From Felis catus (lineage: Eukaryota): a stretch of DNA of 64,000 nucleotides. Positions within the stretch are counted from its first letter, which is position 1. Each line of letters begins with the position of its first letter. This document shows, one piece after another, positions 61,227 to 64,000 of this stretch. The translations under genes and the position numbers were made by a program. The notes under the pieces were generated by a model. The model saw only the letters and a list, made by a program, of their open reading frames with translations, was not told the DNA's origin and did no database searches. The stretch is taken from NCBI RefSeq assembly GCF_018350175.1, contig NC_058368.1, positions 79,486,001 through 79,550,000 of the forward strand, in the 5' to 3' direction.

Positions 61227-62298
61227 TGGCCTAAGGAGACGGTCTGCGGTGGCGGTGTAAGGCGGGCCTTGTTCTCCCCCGCGGGTGTCCAGCGAAGCGT
61301 CAGCCGATCGGCCATCACTCACCTGAACCCATCAGGTCCAGACGGGGCCTCGACCTCCGTGGGACATGCAGGCACTGGTTGCAGAAGAGCTAGCGTTCGG
61401 AGTCTTCCCAGGCGGGTAATGTGCTGCCTCCGCGGTGGGCTCAGAAACCCAAAACTTTGTGATTTACTTTCTCCTTACATTGCGAAGGTTTTCCAATTAG
61501 TCCCCCAATTTTAAGAAGCTCAGATTGGCCCCGGATAGAAATCCGATTGCATACGGACTGTCATTTTTCTTCTCGAGTGTTTGATTTTATCAAGATCGGA
61601 TCACGCGTTCATTCATTCCGTTGGTTCGGAGTCATACACAGAGCCATAGCAGAATTTCGGGGAAGGCATGAAACCACGGAGGGCCCCCCGCATTGTGACT
61701 TGCTTTTTTTTTTTTTAACTTTTCTAAGGCATCAACCTGGAACTCAAGCACATAAATACGTCTTCCAGGAGAGGAAGTGGTGTTCTGAGTTTCCTGACGG
61801 ATTCCGATTAGCAATGGCGGATCTCCCGGCTTTGAAGGCCACTATTAAATCTTCAGGCTCTTCTAAGTCACGTGCTTACCAATGACATCTGGCGGGACCC
61901 CCCATCCAGGCAAGCGTACCTCCAGTCTGATGAGAGCAGAGGGGGGTGAAGCACGGCCCCCACCCAGCTGCCCACCGTCACTCCCAAAGAAAACAGACGG
62001 GTGGGCCTTCCCCTGTGCAACTTCTAAAATTACTTTGGTGCTTAGCATCTGAGGTGGGCCAACACGGGGATCACCTGAGGTTGCCTCTGCGCTAACAAAG
62101 GCATCTCTTGAGCGTGGTGAATCGGGCGATGGCCCTGGGCCCAGAGCAGGGATCTGAGGAAATCACCCATGGCAACAACCAGGCAGTGAGTCCCCGGCGC
62201 CTGCCAGAAAGCTCTGTGAATATTGGAGGGAGAGGGAATTTACATGTTACCCAATTCAGAACAACAACATCAACAACGTCATGTTCCAAGGTCTTCAC

Positions 62299-62322
62299 GA
62301 GAGAGAGACAGAGACAGAGAGA

Positions 62323-62353
<31 letters not shown>
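62299..62353. repeat. (GA)/(GACA)n microsatellite
   Basis: Seen directly in the sequence. Confidence 0.9.
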
Positions 62354-62354
<1 letters not shown>

Positions 62355-63315
62355 CCCAGCCCGGGGCTGGAGCTAGCTGATTCCCCAGCTCTGGGGGCAC
62401 AAGGTGGGCATTCACGGACCCAGCCGGGCGCCTCCCAGAGGGAGCCCCTGGGTCTCCAGCTCCAAACTGCACCTTGCGAGGTGGGCTTCACCGAGGAGGC
62501 GGCATCCCCACCAAGCCTTAGCTTCTTCATCTGAATCTGAGCACCTACCTCATAGGCTTTGCCCGGGTTCAGTGCCGGCACATAGTAAGTGCTCAGTAAA
62601 CAGCAGGTACGGCCGTCACCCTCCTCCAGGCTGCTGCCTACGACAGATGGGAGTTCATAACTGAGAAGCAAAGGGTGTGGAGGTAGGGGACACATCCCTG
62701 CGCCCCACAGCTGGGTGCCCTAATGACCAGAGTCTAAGCCCCACAGGGGAGCTCTCCGTGTTGGAGCTCAGTGGAGAGGTCTGGAAGAAAGATTTCTAGA
62801 GCTGTAATGATCAGCTGACACAGGAGGGAAGGTTTCCCCTCGCAGCACCCCAGGACGTGCGTGAACACCCGAAGGCACGCAGAGACTTCAGCAAGGAAAA
62901 GCTGGTGAGAGCGGCACAAAAATGGACCTTAGCAGCAGGCGGCAGCCCCTTTGTGACCCCAGCATCTCTGGCCAAAGGGACGCAGATACCTGACAGGTGT
63001 TAACCGAAGGAGTGTTTCTCAAACCCCCGAATCCTTTTCCAGTGGAGAACCTCAGCCCTCACATGCACGGTCGCAGAGGGCATGGTCAGCGCTCGGGGAG
63101 CGACAGATGGGTGAAGACCAATGACAGGGGGGTTTCCTCAATCACCCTCCCCCCCTCCCACCCCACTCCCCCGTCTGTTACCAGGCATCTAATGGACCTC
63201 CTTTCCTGGGAGAGGTGGGAGTCCGGGACAGAGCCATTTTCCGTTAACATCTAACTTCCTTTATTCCATATATTTTATGTGGCAGGCAGCACGCTGGCTG
63301 CTTTAAGCATGTGAT

Positions 63316-63534
63316 TTTTTTTTAAATTTTTTTCATGTTCATTTATTTTTGAGACAGAGAGAGACAGAGCGTGCACGAGGAAGGGTCAGAGAGAGGGAGA
63401 CACAGATTCCGAAGCAGGCTCCAGGCTCCGAGCCGTCAGCCCGGAGCCCGACGCGGGGCTCGAACTCACGAACCATGAGACCATGACCTGAGCAGAAGTT
63501 GGATGCTTAACCGACTGAGTCCCCCAGGTGCCCC
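63316..63534 (-). mobile_element. Can-SINE
   Basis: TSD AAGCA(T/C)GTGAT at 63305-63315 and 63535-63545. Confidence 0.94.
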
Positions 63535-64000
63535 AAGCACGTGATATTTCTATTCCCCACAAAGGACCCTGAAATGTGGGTATTATCGAACCAGTTGCCT
63601 GGAGAAGGGAAAGTCAGTTCCGAGAGACGAGTACCTTGCCCAGCTCAGTATGCACTGGTACTTACCACGTTTTGTTTGCCCTACACTCTCTCCCGTAAAC
63701 AGGCTTCCGAATGCGGGTGCACTTGAGAGCTGTCAGGAAGGAAGCTGTCGCCTCAGCATAGACTTGGGGCCAAGCTGCAGAGTCAGGTTACCCCCCAGGG
63801 TGCCCAAGCGACTGCTCCCAGAATGAGCGTGTGATCCACGCACGGCCAGTGTCATTCTGGGAAATTGCATGTGGATGCCGGGGAAATCTCTTCCTGAAAC
63901 TGTGAACTCTGAAGGAGACGTAGGGCCGGGACGGCCTGGAATTTACTGGTCAGGACGTCAGCACTGAGGAGCCCCACGTGGAGAGGGGAAGAGGGCAGAG

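Overview
Mammalian nuclear DNA, almost certainly a felid (cat family), judged from about 37 tRNA-derived Can-SINEs of SINEC_Fc type. The window is intergenic or intronic. I cannot recognise any protein-coding gene. The long ORFs in the track read through SINEs, microsatellites or GC-rich low-complexity DNA. Besides the SINEs there are old eutherian repeats (MaLR/MLT1 LTRs, L1M fragments, L2, MIR, hAT-Charlie MITEs), microsatellites, a 40-bp minisatellite and a (CCCCAG)n tract. The best non-repeat signals are: (i) a probable terminal exon and 3' UTR of an unidentified minus-strand transcript (acceptor at 43928, ATTAAA at 42702-42707), with weaker candidate internal exons upstream; (ii) repeat-free, motif-dense candidate cis-regulatory blocks at about 10.8-11.9, 26.2-26.4 and 37.3-38.6 kb; (iii) a CTCF-like motif at 47562-47580. 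I found no new biological system. The most distinctive observations are retrotransposition records: one target site hit twice (three copies of a TSD), SINEs nested in SINE tails, and a close inverted pair of young SINEs. Family assignments come from recalled consensus sequences, not from a database search.
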